A DNA stretch of 64,000 nt from a virus. Within the stretch, counting starts at the first letter, position 1. Each line of letters opens with the position of its first letter. Shown here piece after piece: positions 7,523 to 23,200 of the stretch. The notes beneath the pieces are model-generated. The model worked only from the letters and a program-made list of their open reading frames with translations, was not told where the DNA came from and made no database searches. The stretch is from the IMG/VR virus record IMGVR_UViG_3300045988_079613. One strand, 5' to 3'. The translations under genes and the position numbers were made by a program.

Positions 7523-10500
7523 ATTAGCCAAAATCACAGGCTTTTGTAAAGAAGTAAGCTACCCATCGGCTGATTGTGCTAGAGTTTTGGCAATATAAGC
7601 TATTTTATTCATAGCCTCATCTACTGCTTTCTAGTTTGTTTTATCTTTTGCTACCATTTTACCACCTACAAATTCTACAGCATCATAGAATGAAGTTTTA
7701 TTTCCTAGATTCCAATCCATGTAATCGCCGGGAGCATAAGTAGGAAGTTTATGTTTTCTTTTATATTCCTCTCTACTCATAAAAATTTTTTTACCGCCTT
7801 CTTCTACTAGCTTAAAATTATGCATAACAGAAGCAAGAATCTATCCTTTTACTACATGATCCATTAATGAATATGGACCGAATGCCCAATGTTTAGTGAC
7901 AGCATTAACTAATTGCATTCTGTTTGTAGCATTTGGATTAATTTCTGCACCTATTTCGAAAAGTTCCATAGCTTGAGTTATGAATGTTTTTTTCCTAGAA
8001 ACTCCCAGAACGTTCGATATAGCAAAAAATGAATCTGCTACAATATCAAAGAACGCATGACCAGCATCTATAGGATTGTAATATCTTTGTATTAACATAT
8101 TTGTAATATGCTAATGTAAAGCTGTATAAGCCCCTGTTAACGCACAAGCAAGATTTAAACCTAGATTTCTAAGAGTACCTAACATCTTAAGTATAGATAA
8201 CATTTTTGTAATGTTAATTTCTCTTGGTTTACTTATATCATAAGTAAGTCCAAAAACATTGCCTTTATACGGAATCAAGCCTAATACTTTTCCAGTAGGG
8301 TTATCTCCATATCTTACACTAACGTCTTGAGTTTTTATATCATACAAATTCATGTCTATAAAGTTTTTAACGAATTTGTATGTATTACTGTTTCCGGTTT
8401 TTTCCTCTCCTCTTTTGTTAGTGTATTTAATACCTTGTACGTATCTTTTTAATATTTCTATTCTAGGTTGTATTTGAGTTTTATTTTTCCAACTTTCACA
8501 CGACTTATAGAACTATATTACTGAACCAACTAAATCCGCAGTTAAATACTCAGGATTATCTAATCTTTTAAGATAATATTGAGGTATTACATTTAATCTT
8601 TCTCCATTAGGTTTAGTGAGAGCTCTATTAAAACCAACATCATCGTTTCTACATGATATAAGATCTTTCCAATAATCAATAAACCCTTTAAATGCTCCAG
8701 ATATATAATTTCTTTTCCAACCTGCATGTATATATTTTAACAAACTACCAGATTTCTGTGGAACCCTATAAGGATAAGTCTTATGCAGGTTAGTTAACTT
8801 ATCGTTAGATTCTTTTATAGTATCTAAGATAGCTTGTCTAAGATTCTTTAGAGCCTCATTATTCATTACTTTATGATAATTCTTACTATTATCATAAGAC
8901 TCAACTATTTTACCATCTTCTATTACTTTAGATTTTGGTATCCAGTATTCATTCTATAAGTCTGGGTACTTTTCCTAAGTCTCATAGTAAGATTTGTTAT
9001 AGAATTTGGATTCTTTAGATACCTCTAGCCAGTTACTATTAGGAGCATATTCTATCAAACTTTTATCCTTTGGTACTACTTTTGTATACCATGCTTTTGG
9101 ATTTTTAATGTCATAAGCATTAGCTTTTAGCCACATTTCAGCAGATTCTGGATCTTCTAATACTACATTATAGTAATACTTTTTAAGATCCCTATACCAC
9201 TGTTCTGTTGGTATTGTCTCTGCAATGTCCTCAAATTTGGCATCTCCTTCTTGTATTTCAACTTTTTTGTTTTTTCTAATGATAGACATCTATCTAGACA
9301 ATCTTTGTATAGCAGCTTTAGAATTAGCTGACATATGATCTATGTCTATATTACCCGTCATATCATCCCTATGTTGATTTAATATAGATCTGCGCCTTTC
9401 TTGTAGTTCTGCGTATACAGGACCGTAATATTTTTTTTCTAGCTTTTCTAGTTTCTGATAAAACTCATCTTTATAGCGTACTTGAGAATTTCGTTCTAAC
9501 CATTTCTGTTTTTGTTCTTTTGTCAGATTTGGATCAGCCATAATTTTAGCTTTTTCCTCCTCATATGCTTTACTATTCTTAGTCATAGTAAGACCTTCAG
9601 ATAACTTCTTATTCAGTTCCTATAATTCTTCAGCTATTTTAAGCTTCTCTCCTTGCTTTTTAATACCTGTAGTATCATATAAACTAGCCAGTTGTTTTTT
9701 CTCAAGTAAATAAGCTCTATATGTGTTATATTCCTTATCGCTAAGTCTATCTAGATGTGCTATACCAGCAGAATCTCTAGTTTTATCTACTAGCTGTCGT
9801 ATTTTTAATTGAATCTCCTCTCTAGCTGCTACCGTACCTTCACTTAAATGATTAAACATATCATAATACTCTCTAGTATATCTTCTATCTGTATGTTTAG
9901 ATAACCATTCATTTCTTCTCTTATTATACTCAATACGCAGCTATCTATTTTCTGGAGCTTTTATATCAGTAAGATCTACACCTAATTCTGATGCTATTTT
10001 TTTCATAGCATCTGCATAGTTCTTTTCAAATTTACCATAGTTTCTAGCTCGTACTATATAACCAGTAGTATTACCATCATCATCTACTTCAAATAACATT
10101 CTCTGATTATATTTTCCAGCTTTACTAAGTAAATCCTCAAGTTTTCTTATAACCTGGTAAGTATTTCTATTTGTTTCTTCTTCTGCTTTATTGATTAAGT
10201 AGAATATTGTCTTAATAGAATCATTGTTTATCTTATCACCAGCACCTATATAGTATGTAAGCCAAGCTATATCTCTCTAAGATGGTGATGGATTAGACAT
10301 TGAATAGTCATAGATAGTTGAGGACTTTACTTCTAGACCTACTTGCTTTAAATTCTATCTAGCATTATCAGCTATTTTACCTTTTACTATAGAATAACCA
10401 TCAGTAAGCATAGCTTGGTAGTCTTTAGCTCTTTTAAGCATTCTATCAAGTATATATTCACCACTACTATCTTTTCCTATTATTTCTCTGTAGTTGTCTT

Positions 10501-11278
10501 TATATATTAATTGACTTACTATCTCATCTACTATATCATTATAGAAACCAAAGAAGTTCTGATCTAGATCATTCAACTTAGTATCATCTATGTCCAGTCC
10601 TTTTCTACGGACATTAACGAGATATTCGAAGGTAGGTCGCAATTCAAATCTTAAATTAGCTAAAAATTCATTAATGTTATCTAAATCTGATTTAAGACCT
10701 TCACTAATATTTGCAATTAGCCATTCTGATTCTTTTTTTATCTTAGTTCTAAGTTCTGCGTCAGGATTAGTATTTACTTTTAATCTTGACTATAAACCTT
10801 TCAGTATCTTTACATTTATGTCTCTTAAAATACTATCTAGTTCTTCCTTTTCTTTAGAATTATAATTATCTTTTGTCTATTCTAATCCTATTTCTAAGTC
10901 ATTGTAAGCCTAATCAACGCGTTCTCTTAAGTCTTTATCTGTGTCAAAAAAAGACTTAGCTTCTTCACTTAAAGAATCTTGTGATTGATACTCTAACACC
11001 TACTAAGCAGTTGGTTCTATAGTTAAATCTTTATAAGTATTCTTAAAACCAATTAAAAAAACTTTAGATTTTTCCCTGATAGCCATTTTAGAATCATTGT
11101 TAAAATGACTTAAAAGATCCTAATATAACTTAGAATCTTTACCTTCACTATCAAACTCTAAGCCATAACCATTATTTTCAGATAAGACATAATAGGCAGC
11201 ATCATAGCTACCTAATATGTCAGTATACTCTTTTAACTATGCCTTTATTTCAGGCAATTCTGTTCTTAAACACGTCAT
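7523..11278 (-). CDS. large virion-associated protein (about 1,251 aa with TAG read as sense)
   Basis: Nine track ORF fragments (7631..10642) share one phase. Every gap was hand-translated: only TAG interrupts. ATG 11278 overlaps the upstream TGA (ATGA). Confidence 0.6.
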
Positions 11279-14200
11279 GATTTCTTACAATGTTTTTTAC
11301 GTTTTTTACCTTCTTCTTTAAGGTTATTCAGATACTCATTTACTTCTGTAATACCTGTTTCAGAGTCCTACAAGGATCCTATAATATCATCTACCAACTC
11401 TGTAGAATCAAAATAGGATTCGTCAGGCATTGCATAATCTTCTCCAAATGTATCATTAGCTTCTTCAATTCCTCCTAACATTTGATCTATTTCACCAAAA
11501 TCTTCTATTGTAGTAGAATTATCCGAAGTATCTACAAAACTTAAAGAAGGATCGCTATCAATTGATTCTGGATCAGATTGTATTCCACTATCTCCAAATG
11601 ATTCAATTAATTCATTTTGAAGTTCTTGATCTAAATTGGAATACTCCTAAGTTTTACCAACTTCAATATTAGAATACTACTCATCCTTAACAAACTGAGA
11701 ATCTTTAATAGTTTTAATATATTTATCTACTATACTATCTATATCCTCAACGGTTTGTTTGATCATTGTGTCTGTAAACTTGTTATTCTCGAATGCAGAT
11801 TGTTCTGTACCATTTTTATATAACTCATATATAGAACTTGCTCCATTATTGAAACCTAACTTAGGTATAGCAACATATACAATGCCGATAGTATTACCGT
11901 CTGCATCTACTATTTGTCCAGATCTCTGGTATAATACCGTATTAGTAGATCTAGAACCTCCTATTTTTACAAACTTATTATTCTTATTTATGTCTGATCT
12001 ACCTAATGCAATAAATACAGTATTCACAGAACTATTAGTACGGTCTTTAGAACTAGCTAGATACATTGTATTAGATTTAGATTCTTCTCCATATCTAACA
12101 TCTACTTTTGGTATATACAATGGAACTACATCATTATCTGCCCAGTAATTTCTTACCATATTTAAATAGATAGAATCTGTTAGTTCTTCTAAAGTAGAAG
12201 CATCCTAAATTATATCTATATCATTCCTTATCAGTTTGTTCATTGCATCTTTTATAGAATCTAAATATCCAATCTATTGTTTGTATTCCATTGGAACTAC
12301 ATTAAAGAATGAATTAGGAGTTCTATTATCATAACTAGTAACAAATGCATATTTTACCAAATCTTCTGCCAACTCTCTGACCATTTCGTCATCATTTGTA
12401 AGAAGATCGTAAAATGCTGACCTAAGTCTATCTTCATAATATCTCGAATTATTTAAAGAAGAAGTAGCAGTAACTATTTTGTTAGCTTTGTTTTTATTAG
12501 ATATGGTAATACCTTGTAGATAATTTAATAAATCGTTAGTAATATTGCCCTATTCATCTACTAAAGTAACTAAATTAGGATCCTATTTATTCTTTCTAAT
12601 ATAATTCTTGACAGCATTAAGTCTGCTAGCTATATTGTCCTTACCAAATGCCATACTGTTTAACTGTTCATCAGACAATCTAATATCAGTACCAGCTATC
12701 ACTACTTTAGCACGAATTATACTCTCTACTTTCTCATTTATTTTTTTCACTAATTCTTTATTACTAGTAGGTCTATATAACTATATAGAAAGAGAACCAT
12801 TAACTTGCTATGGATAATTACCACCTCTTAAATTATGCATTATACTCGTGAATATAGTCTTATAACCATTGGTAGCTCCAAATACTTGAGTTTTAAGTAT
12901 ATTATTAGCTAAATCCATAGCATATACTAATTTCTTATTTAAGAACGTCTTATTAAAGTAGTCCTCAAGCCCATTAAGATCCTCTCTACCTTCAGTATCA
13001 GGAGTAGAGAAGTCCTGTTGATGGTCTTTTATAAATGTCTGATATGAATTATAAAAGTTCTATAATTGAGTAATGTTATTACCATACTTTTTAGTATCTA
13101 TCTGAGAACGTTGAACTAAGTCTGCCATAGTTTGAGCATCTCCACTTAATTCATTATAAGCTGTAAGTACGATTAACTACATTTTAATATCCTGTGGAGT
13201 TACCTAGCCTCTTCTAAATGCATCTAATGTACGAGACAATCTATCCTTGTCAAATGCTAATTTTTTATCTTCATCTGTTATCTTAAGAATAGATTCCTTA
13301 TAAGACTATGATATAGGATAATTATTTAACATTTTAGTATATTTGTCTATCAGTCTACTAATTATAGTATTATCATACTACTGTTTAGATCCAATAGCAC
13401 CATTATTAGCAATCTTAATATTAGCAAATTCCTTTAATATAGGTTGAGCTAAGAAGAAGAACGTATTTTCTCCCTTTCCACCACGTAACAATAAACTAGT
13501 CATATTATATGTTACTTGATTCACATTAAGTTTAATAATGTAAGGATCTTTAGCTACATCGACATGAGCATTAATCATTGCAGATAACCAGTCTAATATT
13601 TTGAAACCATCCTGTCCATTGATTTCATCAAATTGACCAAGACCATAAATATTGTTATGTGAAAATTTCATATGTAGATGTGTGGCTTGAGTCAAGCAAT
13701 GGTTAGTAGAGTTAAGAGCAAAAGGTGCTATACCAGCTTTACCCCAAGTATATTCCATCTTTCTATACTCTTGGAACGATGGCATTAATTCATACATATA
13801 ATCTGCTTCTTTCATCTCATCTACACTTACTTTTGGAAGTATTTCCTTAGTAAGGATACCGGTTAATGTATCAATAGATGCTCTAGTTTCAGACAATGTT
13901 TTTTCATCAGATATTACTAGCGTATAACTATCTAACAGTTTATTTATCAGAGCTCCTTTAGATTGGTCAGAATAGGTTTTAGCATCTTCTTTCCAAGTAT
14001 ATCTCTGATGCGTATTAGGATCATACGAATATGTAGCTATATACAATTTATCAATATCAAAGTCAGAACCAGTCATAGCAGTAAATTCATCAGGTACTAC
14101 TATGGTATCTCCGGTCTATGCTGGTAAAACATCAGCTACTATGAAAGAGAAAGTAGATGACAAACCCTGAGTAGGTATACGATAACCTATACCATATGGA

Positions 14201-17200
14201 TCACTTTGACTACCTATTATATTATTATCCAGCAACCATTTTCTTATTGCTACGTAACCCTATTCCTATACATCCTATGGTACTACATCTCTAAAGAAGT
14301 TAGTACTAAGCATTACTTCCATACTACCTCTTTTAGGATCGAAACTAAGTTTTTTACCATCATTAAAAGGTCTAGTATCTTCGTTAGCATCTGTTATTAC
14401 ATCATTAGCTTTAAAACCAAATGATGCCATTTGAATAGCAGAACCTCCTGGAGTATTTACGTCTATTACTTCTTTATTTATTAAAGAAATTATTTTACTT
14501 TCAATCCAATTACGAACGCTAAGTGCTGCTATAGGAGCTTTAAAGTTACCCTTACTGTCAAGTTTTAATGCATCTATTATTTCTTGAGACATTCCATTTC
14601 CAGTAGCTTCTTCTACTAAATATCTAGACAAAGCAGCTTTATCTATAGAACCGTCTAATTTGAAGAATCTACCTTTCTTTTTCTTTCCATTGATAGTTCC
14701 TCCTTTTAAAGAAGTATAACCTAACGTAGACAATGCTTTAATACAACCAAATATATCCTTTTTTATTTGAGATCCAGATACATGCTTTCCTTTGTTATGA
14801 CCATAGTATCTATCATCTACTACATTACCCATACCAATTTTTATCGCTTGAGTACCGAATGATCTATCTGTATGTTCATGTGGATCTGTATTAAGCTGCA
14901 ATCTTAACTGTTTAATATCTTGAATTCTAGTTGTTAATCCATCATTAAGTCTTTCAACGGCATTACCATTCGTAACTATCATAGTAGATGGCTTATTTAA
15001 GCCTTCTTTATTGAAACTTGTATTTCTGTTGTCATTATAGGCTTTGAACTTATCTTGAGGAGCACCGACCTTAACTGCAGATTCAAACAATAACATGTCT
15101 ATCACACCCAATTCTTCATTATTCATTCTGTCATATAAATACTTATTATCCGCTTTGGCTAGTATCTTAAACATAGGGAATAATGCCATTTTATCGAATG
15201 TAGGTACATTTAATTTAGCTACAGAATCATAGTAATCACCAAAATACATCATCTTTAATGGTTTTATTGATGCTCTTAGAGCTTTACTATACAATTCTGG
15301 ATTACTAAGAACATCATCTGAAGATTCTAGTATATTATATGCTTCTTCTATCTCAGGAGACCATTCTCCTAAAGCTTGCATAATTCTCTTATACATAGCT
15401 GGTCTGATATATACAGCAGCATCTGCTTGATTTATATTGCCACTATTATTCTCATCATCATATGCATAAGGATTTGCAGCTTTCTCAGACTGTTTATCAA
15501 CAAATTTCTTGGAATCATCAGATAAACTGTCATAAGATTCTTGCATTCTATCTTCATTCTTAGTAGCATCAAATAGCTATTTATCTGTCATGTCTGGATG
15601 CTCTTTCTGTAACATAGTTCTTATGAAAGATGCTCTAAATATCTATTTCAATGAATCGTGATATTCAGACCCTATATTGTTATCCTACATAACAGCACTA
15701 ACGAATTTAGTATCATTTCGTGGATCTCCTTCTCCCCAGTATGTTCTGAGATTAGTACCAGTAGATAATACAGAAGACAAACGTTTGATTTTATCCACAT
15801 CTCTCTGGAATACACCTACTTCTTTGCTGGACTTCCACTTATAAAAAGCAGGATCTCCAACAAAACACTTTTCTACTTCTTCTATAGATATTGCGCAATT
15901 AGTTACAAAATTAGCTATTATACTATATATAGCATCATTAGAATTTATATCGTCATAAGATGATTGAAACTATGCTTTATATTTTGCATATATATTAGTA
16001 GGAAGATTACCAGAAGTAAGTTTACCAGATGAATCCCTAGATATTACTCCTAGTTTAATAGCTTCTTCTACTTCTTGATCTACTCTTCTTAATAACATTC
16101 TATTAAGAATATCATGCATACCAGCTACATCTTCTATGAACAATTTTCTGATATTGTCTAAAGTTTCATTAATTAACTTTGGATCATTGCTTTCTTCTGC
16201 AAATTGTAATAGATCATTTAATGAACGTATTTCTCCATCAGGCATTATTATTTGGTTAAAATATCTGAATCTACCACCATTTCCGCCTGGTTTCATTTTA
16301 CCATCTTTCCCTATTTTGCCGTGATAGTTAGAATAATATCTCGATCTTCCTTGTTCTACGTCAGACTTTGTATTATAATATTCAGTAATAGCATTAAATT
16401 CGTCTACAAAATAATTATAGAATATATTTAAAGTATTTTTACTAAATCTAAAATCAACTGGTACTTCTATTGTTTCCCCTTCAAAATTTGTAGTTGTAAC
16501 AACAGAATGTAGAAAATCTTTAGGAACATCTATTCCTTCTATGCTATACCATGTCTTTTTATCAGACATTGTAGGTAAAACTAATCTATTATTTTCAGAT
16601 AAAGTTAACTTTGTAATATAATCCTCCAATGGAGTTATACCAAAATAATCCCTACTAGTATCTGTTAACTCATCATTAATAGCTAATAAAGTATGCAGTT
16701 TTAATTTAGGTTTATTTTTTCCTAGCAGTGCTTTTACAATAAGACTATTCTTACAATAAGGAGTATTGTTTAAGTTCTGCAATTTTCCATATGCGTTAGT
16801 GTTTAACCATCTGATCTAATCGGACATATAGTTATTCTATGTGATAGGATATACTAAGCTACCATCTGCCCCAGTTACACTAAATTCTTCTGGAGTAGGA
16901 TGTGTTTCTCCATATGCAATAGCCATTAAGTTCAATACGCTGTTTGGATTATAATAATTAAATATCTTATCTGCACTAATAGTCACTCCTCTAAATTTAG
17001 TAACTAAAGTTTTATTAGCCGCCATTGCTCTAATATTCTCATATACAGAGTTTCTTATAGAATTTATAGCTGCTCCATTTTTAGAGTCTGTATTCTTAGT
17101 TCTGAATATCAAGTTAAAAGCGTCTACACCATCTATTCCAGTAGATTCCTTAGTACTTATACTACCTAATAAATAAGTAAGAGCATCATTGTCAAAATTG

Positions 17201-20200
17201 ATACCCAGATTATTAACTAAATCTAGAAAGTCATTCTTAATATCTTCAAACAATTTTATATTTTCAGGAGTACGTTTGCCTTTTAATATTAAATTAAGAC
17301 CAGAATCTATTCTATTTATTAATTTAGTTATTTCTGCTAAAGCTTTAGAATTTATAACAGATCTGTTCTTACTATCTGTAGTAATCATAGTAGACAGCAT
17401 AAAATTCTGCGACCATTGGGAAGGAAGTCTAGCTATTTTTCTTAAGTTATCACTGTCTTGTACTTCCCAAGTTCTTTTTCCTAATTCAGGATTAACATTT
17501 GCTGTAGATTTAATATCAATAGTATCCATACTATTCTTAGCACTCTGTATAGTAGTTAACAACTAAGTAATAGTATTTTCAGGAAGTGGATATTCAGGAT
17601 TATCTATATAGTCTCTGAGAGTAGCAAAGAACGGATCTGATTTCGCTAATCTTCTTACTTTTGATAACAAATCGTTCCAGTCATTAGAAGACCATAAATT
17701 CTCTAATATTTTATTCCAAGTAATATCAAATGGTTGTACTACATCCATATCAAAGATAGGATCTTTAATAGTATCTGTAATCTTTCCATCCTCTGTGAGA
17801 ATAAATTTGCTCTTAGGAATAGAATAGAAGAACAACTTAGCATTAAATGCTACATTGGCTTTTTTACTTATTTCATATGAATTTCTATCCCATATATTAT
17901 CATAAGTATCTCCAGGATCTTTAAGCATCTATTCAGCAACTTCTGTCTCTTCTCTTTCAATACTCTTAATACCTAATTCTTGTAAGAAAGCTCTAATTTG
18001 TTTAGCAAATATTTCTTTATTCTTTAATACATCTTCTACTATTTGTTTATTAGTAAGATTTTCATCATATACTCCATAATCATAGTTATACTGTATTATA
18101 TTAAATACGTCATCTAACTTCAAATTACGTATGTCATCCATAGTACGAATATTCAAAGTAGCAAGAGCTGTACTACTCAATGATTCTATAATATTGTACA
18201 TAGTAGATGCATTAGTTATATGCGGTGTAGACTTTTGTTGAACATCTGATATACCAGGAGCATAATAATACATGCCTTCTGGGTGTCTTTTAGCAAATTC
18301 TGATAGTATTTCCTGTCCGATAAACGGTTTACTATTTTTAAATTTACCAGATCTTATAGCTTGGAACAATGTCTGCTATGCATTAAGAGGTCTATTACGG
18401 AAAGATGTAACAAGATTCCACAAAGCTTTGAAGAATTTTTTCATCCTATATATAGGGGAAATATTAGATTCATTTATCATATAGGTTCTGAATTCCTCTG
18501 CTAATACTTCTTCCATCTGATCTTTAGTGTACCCTTTATACTCAGGATGAGCTTTTATATAATCCGAATACACCTAATTTCTTTGTTCTTCACTAAGAAT
18601 TAGTTGACTGACATAGTGAAATGCTTCGTGATATTCTATGCCCTATCCAGCCTATTCAGACAAAACTATCTATGGATTAAATTCTTTGAATATTCTATTA
18701 AAAGATACTTTCATTAGACCATATACTTCTGGAGCATCAGCCATTCTCATAACAGCTCCAGTAACCAGTACATTGTCAATATCTAAACCTAATTTATCTT
18801 TTAACCATTTTCTAGCTTTCTATTCATCAAACTTACCTCTCCTTTTTGTAGTAGAATAAATACCTGAACTCTTCTTCAGTTTAGCTACAATTGGATTATG
18901 ACTTGGCAACATTACAGTAGTACCATCCTCCTTAAGGATATATTCCCATCTTGGTTTAGGAGTAAGCCCCATGGATAATGCTTCATCTTTAGATAGAAGT
19001 TTGTCTTTAGAAGATGGCTTACTAGCTGGAGCTATCGCTTCTTGTTTTACTTCAGTATCTTGTGTACTTTCAGTAGGTACATTATCCTTTCTAGGAGTTT
19101 CTGTAGTAGTAGGTCCAGTTATAGTAGGAGTAACTGGAGTAGGATCTCCTACTTCTTGTGCTCCATCCGCGTATATAAAAGGATCTTTAAATGCCTGTTC
19201 TCCTACACTAGTTTTTATTACTTGATGATTAATCATCCAAGACATTAAAGTAGGTGCTTCTTCGTGAGCTCTAACTACTTCTCCTTTATCGTTCTTGGTA
19301 AGTCCTAGATCCTACATAGTGAATATCAGATCATCACAGTTTAGTACTCTATAATAATCTGTTTTATATTCATTCATATACTGTATAGCATGTTCTACAA
19401 TGCTATCTGGAATAGGATCTTGCATCATTTGTTTGTCAGTATTCCAGTGTATATTATTAGATATATCTCTAATAGTTTGCCAAGCTTCTGCTTCTGAAAA
19501 TACAGGTTGACCCTTAGCATCTTTTACTTTAAGATACTTAGTAGTATAGAATCCTTCAGGAGTTCTACTTCCATACATCAAAAAGGTTTCTCCTTTTTCG
19601 TTCTAGAAAGAATGTAAAGTCTTTCTAACATAGAATGATAACTTTTCTACACGAGAGTCACCCAGAGTAATAGTAGATGGTCCATGATTACATAAGATAT
19701 TCAATATATCTTTGTATACCTATTGATTACTTATTGGCAATGTACCGGTAACTAGTCTAAATACTAATTCAGCACTGGTAAGAGGTATACGTTTGCCATT
19801 ATCATCATATTTAGCTTTACCATTAGGAGTATAAGATGTAACAAGGGTGCTAGATCCTCCTGGTATGAAATGTCTTTTCTCAGATAGCATAATTGGAGCA
19901 CTAACTCTCTAAGATGGAGTATTTGCTACTTTTGGAATTATGTATAATTTACCAGCATATCCTGTTCCCTAAGCACTTGTCTTAGTAGAACCATCAAACT
20001 ATACTATAGTAAATGCATCTGCCGGATCAAGAGGAAAAGGACCTTTACCGTAACCAAATTCTACTTCTCCAGACAATATTTGGTCACTCATTTCATATGG
20101 ATCAGCACTAAGTCCGAATTCAGGTACACTTGTTAATGATCTGTATATAGGATTATTACCTTCCTATTGGCTGTTTATAGAACCATTACTTTGTCGTAAA

Positions 20201-23200
20201 TTTACTGGAACAATACCATTTTGAGGATTAATTGGTAAAGTCACTTCAGCATTACTAAAATAATTAGGAGCGTATTTTCTTATATATTTACCAATTATCT
20301 CTCTTCTAAGTTCTCGTAATTTACGTACTTCCTCATTTTGTTTATCTGTAGGAACACCCCATTTTCTTACCTTAGTTCTAGCTTTATCTGGAGTATACAA
20401 TGCAGCATTATAGATATATTTTTTTCCATCTATATCTTCTTCAATTATCATATGTACAGCAAGTCTATCTGCTGCATCTTTTTCTAACTTTCTAGTTTCT
20501 TTAGAATCTGTGACTATATAGTATACTTTCTATTTAGATAACCAACCTGGTATAGCTAACTTTTTAGACAATTCAGAACCAGGCATTCTAGTTCCATTGA
20601 ATTTGACATCTACAGATTTACCTTTTACTTGGGTCTATATAGGCATTACTTCTGTATTATCATACGCAAAGAAGAATGTAGAATGGATTCTATTAGTCTC
20701 TACTTTTTTCTTACTGTCTAAACCAGGACTTTTATCACTTTGACCCAATAGTTCTGCAGCTCTAGTAGTAGCTGCCAGATCTACAGAGTCTAGTTCTTCC
20801 ATAGCATTTTGTAAGGCTAGTTGACTATCTTCTATATGAGTTCCTAGAGATGGGTCTTCATTACCTACCCATACATCAGTTCCATCAGAATACACCATAT
20901 TTGATGGTTCTTCTATTGTAATAGTTACATCCTATGTATTAGAACCATCAAATGATTCTGCTGTAACAATTACCTTAGTAGGTTCATCAGGCTATTTTGC
21001 AGTGGCTACCTCTATAGGCTAATCTGTTTTCTCTTCTTTATCTTGTTCTTCTACAGTAGGTTGCGGGGATTCATCGGCAACAGTAGATTCAATAACCTAT
21101 TGTGGGGTTTGATCCTATGTATCAGGTTCTATACCATCTTCTACAGCGATAGGTTGCCCATCCTCTACTTGCTCTAGTTTTGCTCTTATTGCATCTTCTT
21201 GTAGTACATCATCTGATACTCTATCTAATTCAGATGCTTCTACAGGAGTATCAGTTTCTACTCTATCCTCTGGAAGTATTCCTGTACTATCTTCCATCAA
21301 TATCTTGTTAGGATCCTATTCTAAAGTATCCTCTAATATTCTATCTATATCCTCCTATGTAGATAACTATACCTCATCTACTGGCGGTTGTTCTTGAGTA
21401 GAAGAGTCTACAGAATCTACAGGGGCTTGAGCAGTTGTTCTGTTCTATTCTGTATGTTCTGTAGTAACATTTACTTCATCTGGAGTATCGCTTTTTTCTC
21501 TATTTACTTGAGGTTTTATTTCAGGTTGGTCTATTATTTTTTCTTGAGTATCGGATTGCTCTTTATCATTAGCTAATTGCTCTGAAGTTTGTTCTCCATC
21601 GTTTTCAGCAGCTCTGTGTCCAGTCTCCTGTTCAATTTCAGTTTTAGCCTATGTTTCTTCTTGAACATCTCTTCTATTATTACTTAAAAATAAAGAATTG
21701 GCTAGAAATCTTTCAGTCTACTCTACATTAGCATCATTCTCCAAAGCACTCCATTGGTCTTGAATAGTTTTATTATAGTAGGCTATTACTTGTTTCCTAG
21801 TCGGCTCTTCATCTGTACTATACTGTTGTTTATATTTCTCAGAGTATTTCTATAGTACATTCTATTTATCTTCATCTGATAAATTGGAATATATAGGTTT
21901 ACTTTCTACTAAATATCTATCCTTTGTAGATAGTCTACCTGTAGTATAAGCATTAAGCTATGCATTTAAACTGCTAAGAATACCAGTATTTAATGCATTT
22001 ATAGCCATTTCTTGTTCTAATTCCTGTTTATTTCCGAAATCTGGAGCCTTAGACATTATATGGTCGATCCACTTATCTTTCTATCTTAAACTATTTTGTT
22101 CTCCTTGTAGATCTTTTAGTGAATCGTTTATGTACTTTAACATACCCTCTACACCAGTAATAGATACCTATATTCCATATTCGTCCTTTAACTATTCCAA
22201 AGTCTTCTTTCTAGATGTAAGATCTCTTTTCAGATTAGTAAGAGTGTTTGTCAAGGTTCTAGAACTAACAGCGTTTACTATTGATGATTTAAATTGCTGC
22301 TTTGTTATTGGTTCTGCATTCTATTTTCTTTGTGCGTTAGCATAAGCTTCATATTCTGAATTTATAAATGAATTAAAATCATTTACATCTTCATTATTTA
22401 TTATAGAGTTATTAATGTCACTTATACGTTTATCACTTTCGTTTTTAGCACTTGAAGCATCCTTCTATTTATCATAAAGGCTTACAGTAGTCTATACAAA
22501 TCTCTCAAAAAATTTATCTTTTTTACGATCTACACCTATATCTTTTAGATTCTGATCAATAAGCTTATTTCTATAAATAGCAGATACATCTTTTGCAAGA
22601 CGTATATCATCATCAATCATATCATCTGTAACACCTTCTGTTTTATACTTTTTGAAATCTTCTAAACTAGTAGTGAGGCTGTTGATATCTCTACCTTTTC
22701 TAGAGTAATCCAGAAATTGAGCTATTTTAAAGTTATTTTCAGCATTTTCAAACCCCTTAGCAGCTAATGCTTTTACTACATTGTCTCCTTGTAATTGATG
22801 TCTGATATCGTTGATATTTGTTAGATTTGCTCCACTTCCCATAAGAGCTCCGATAAATCCTCCAATACCCATTTCTATCTTTAATTGTTCATCGGTGTTA
22901 TATTTATCGTCCCAGTGCATACCTCTATATGCTAAATTAGCTTCTAAAGCTAATCTACCAGCTGTGGCGGCACCTCTAAATATATTATATGTATCTGGTA
23001 CCTATGCATTATCAGGAAGATCCTAATACCATCTTCCTATCATTCCTTGCTATCCTTCTTCAGTACTTTCAAACAACCATCTCTTACCTAAAGCTAATGC
23101 CATGTCTGTTCCAGCATCTCTAACATGTTTAGCCTTCATTCTAGTCACAGGACTTTTCATAAGTTTAACTGCGGCTTTATCTATCTTTGAATTAAGTTTA

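Noticed and set aside
11275-11277. TGA->Trp (code 4) or TAA reassignment instead of, or in addition to, TAG
   Set aside because: TGA and TAA sit at gene ends directly adjacent to or overlapping the next ATG (for example 11275, 62279, 5303, 51147, 26425, 28680). They do not occur inside the long frames, apart from the single TAA at 7523 reported separately.
20900-21700. Acidic, low-complexity stretch considered as a non-coding spacer separating two genes
   Set aside because: Hand translation shows the same frame stays open (TAG only) from 22492 through 20898, with no TAA/TGA and no plausible restart. It is treated as a disordered linker of the giant ORF.
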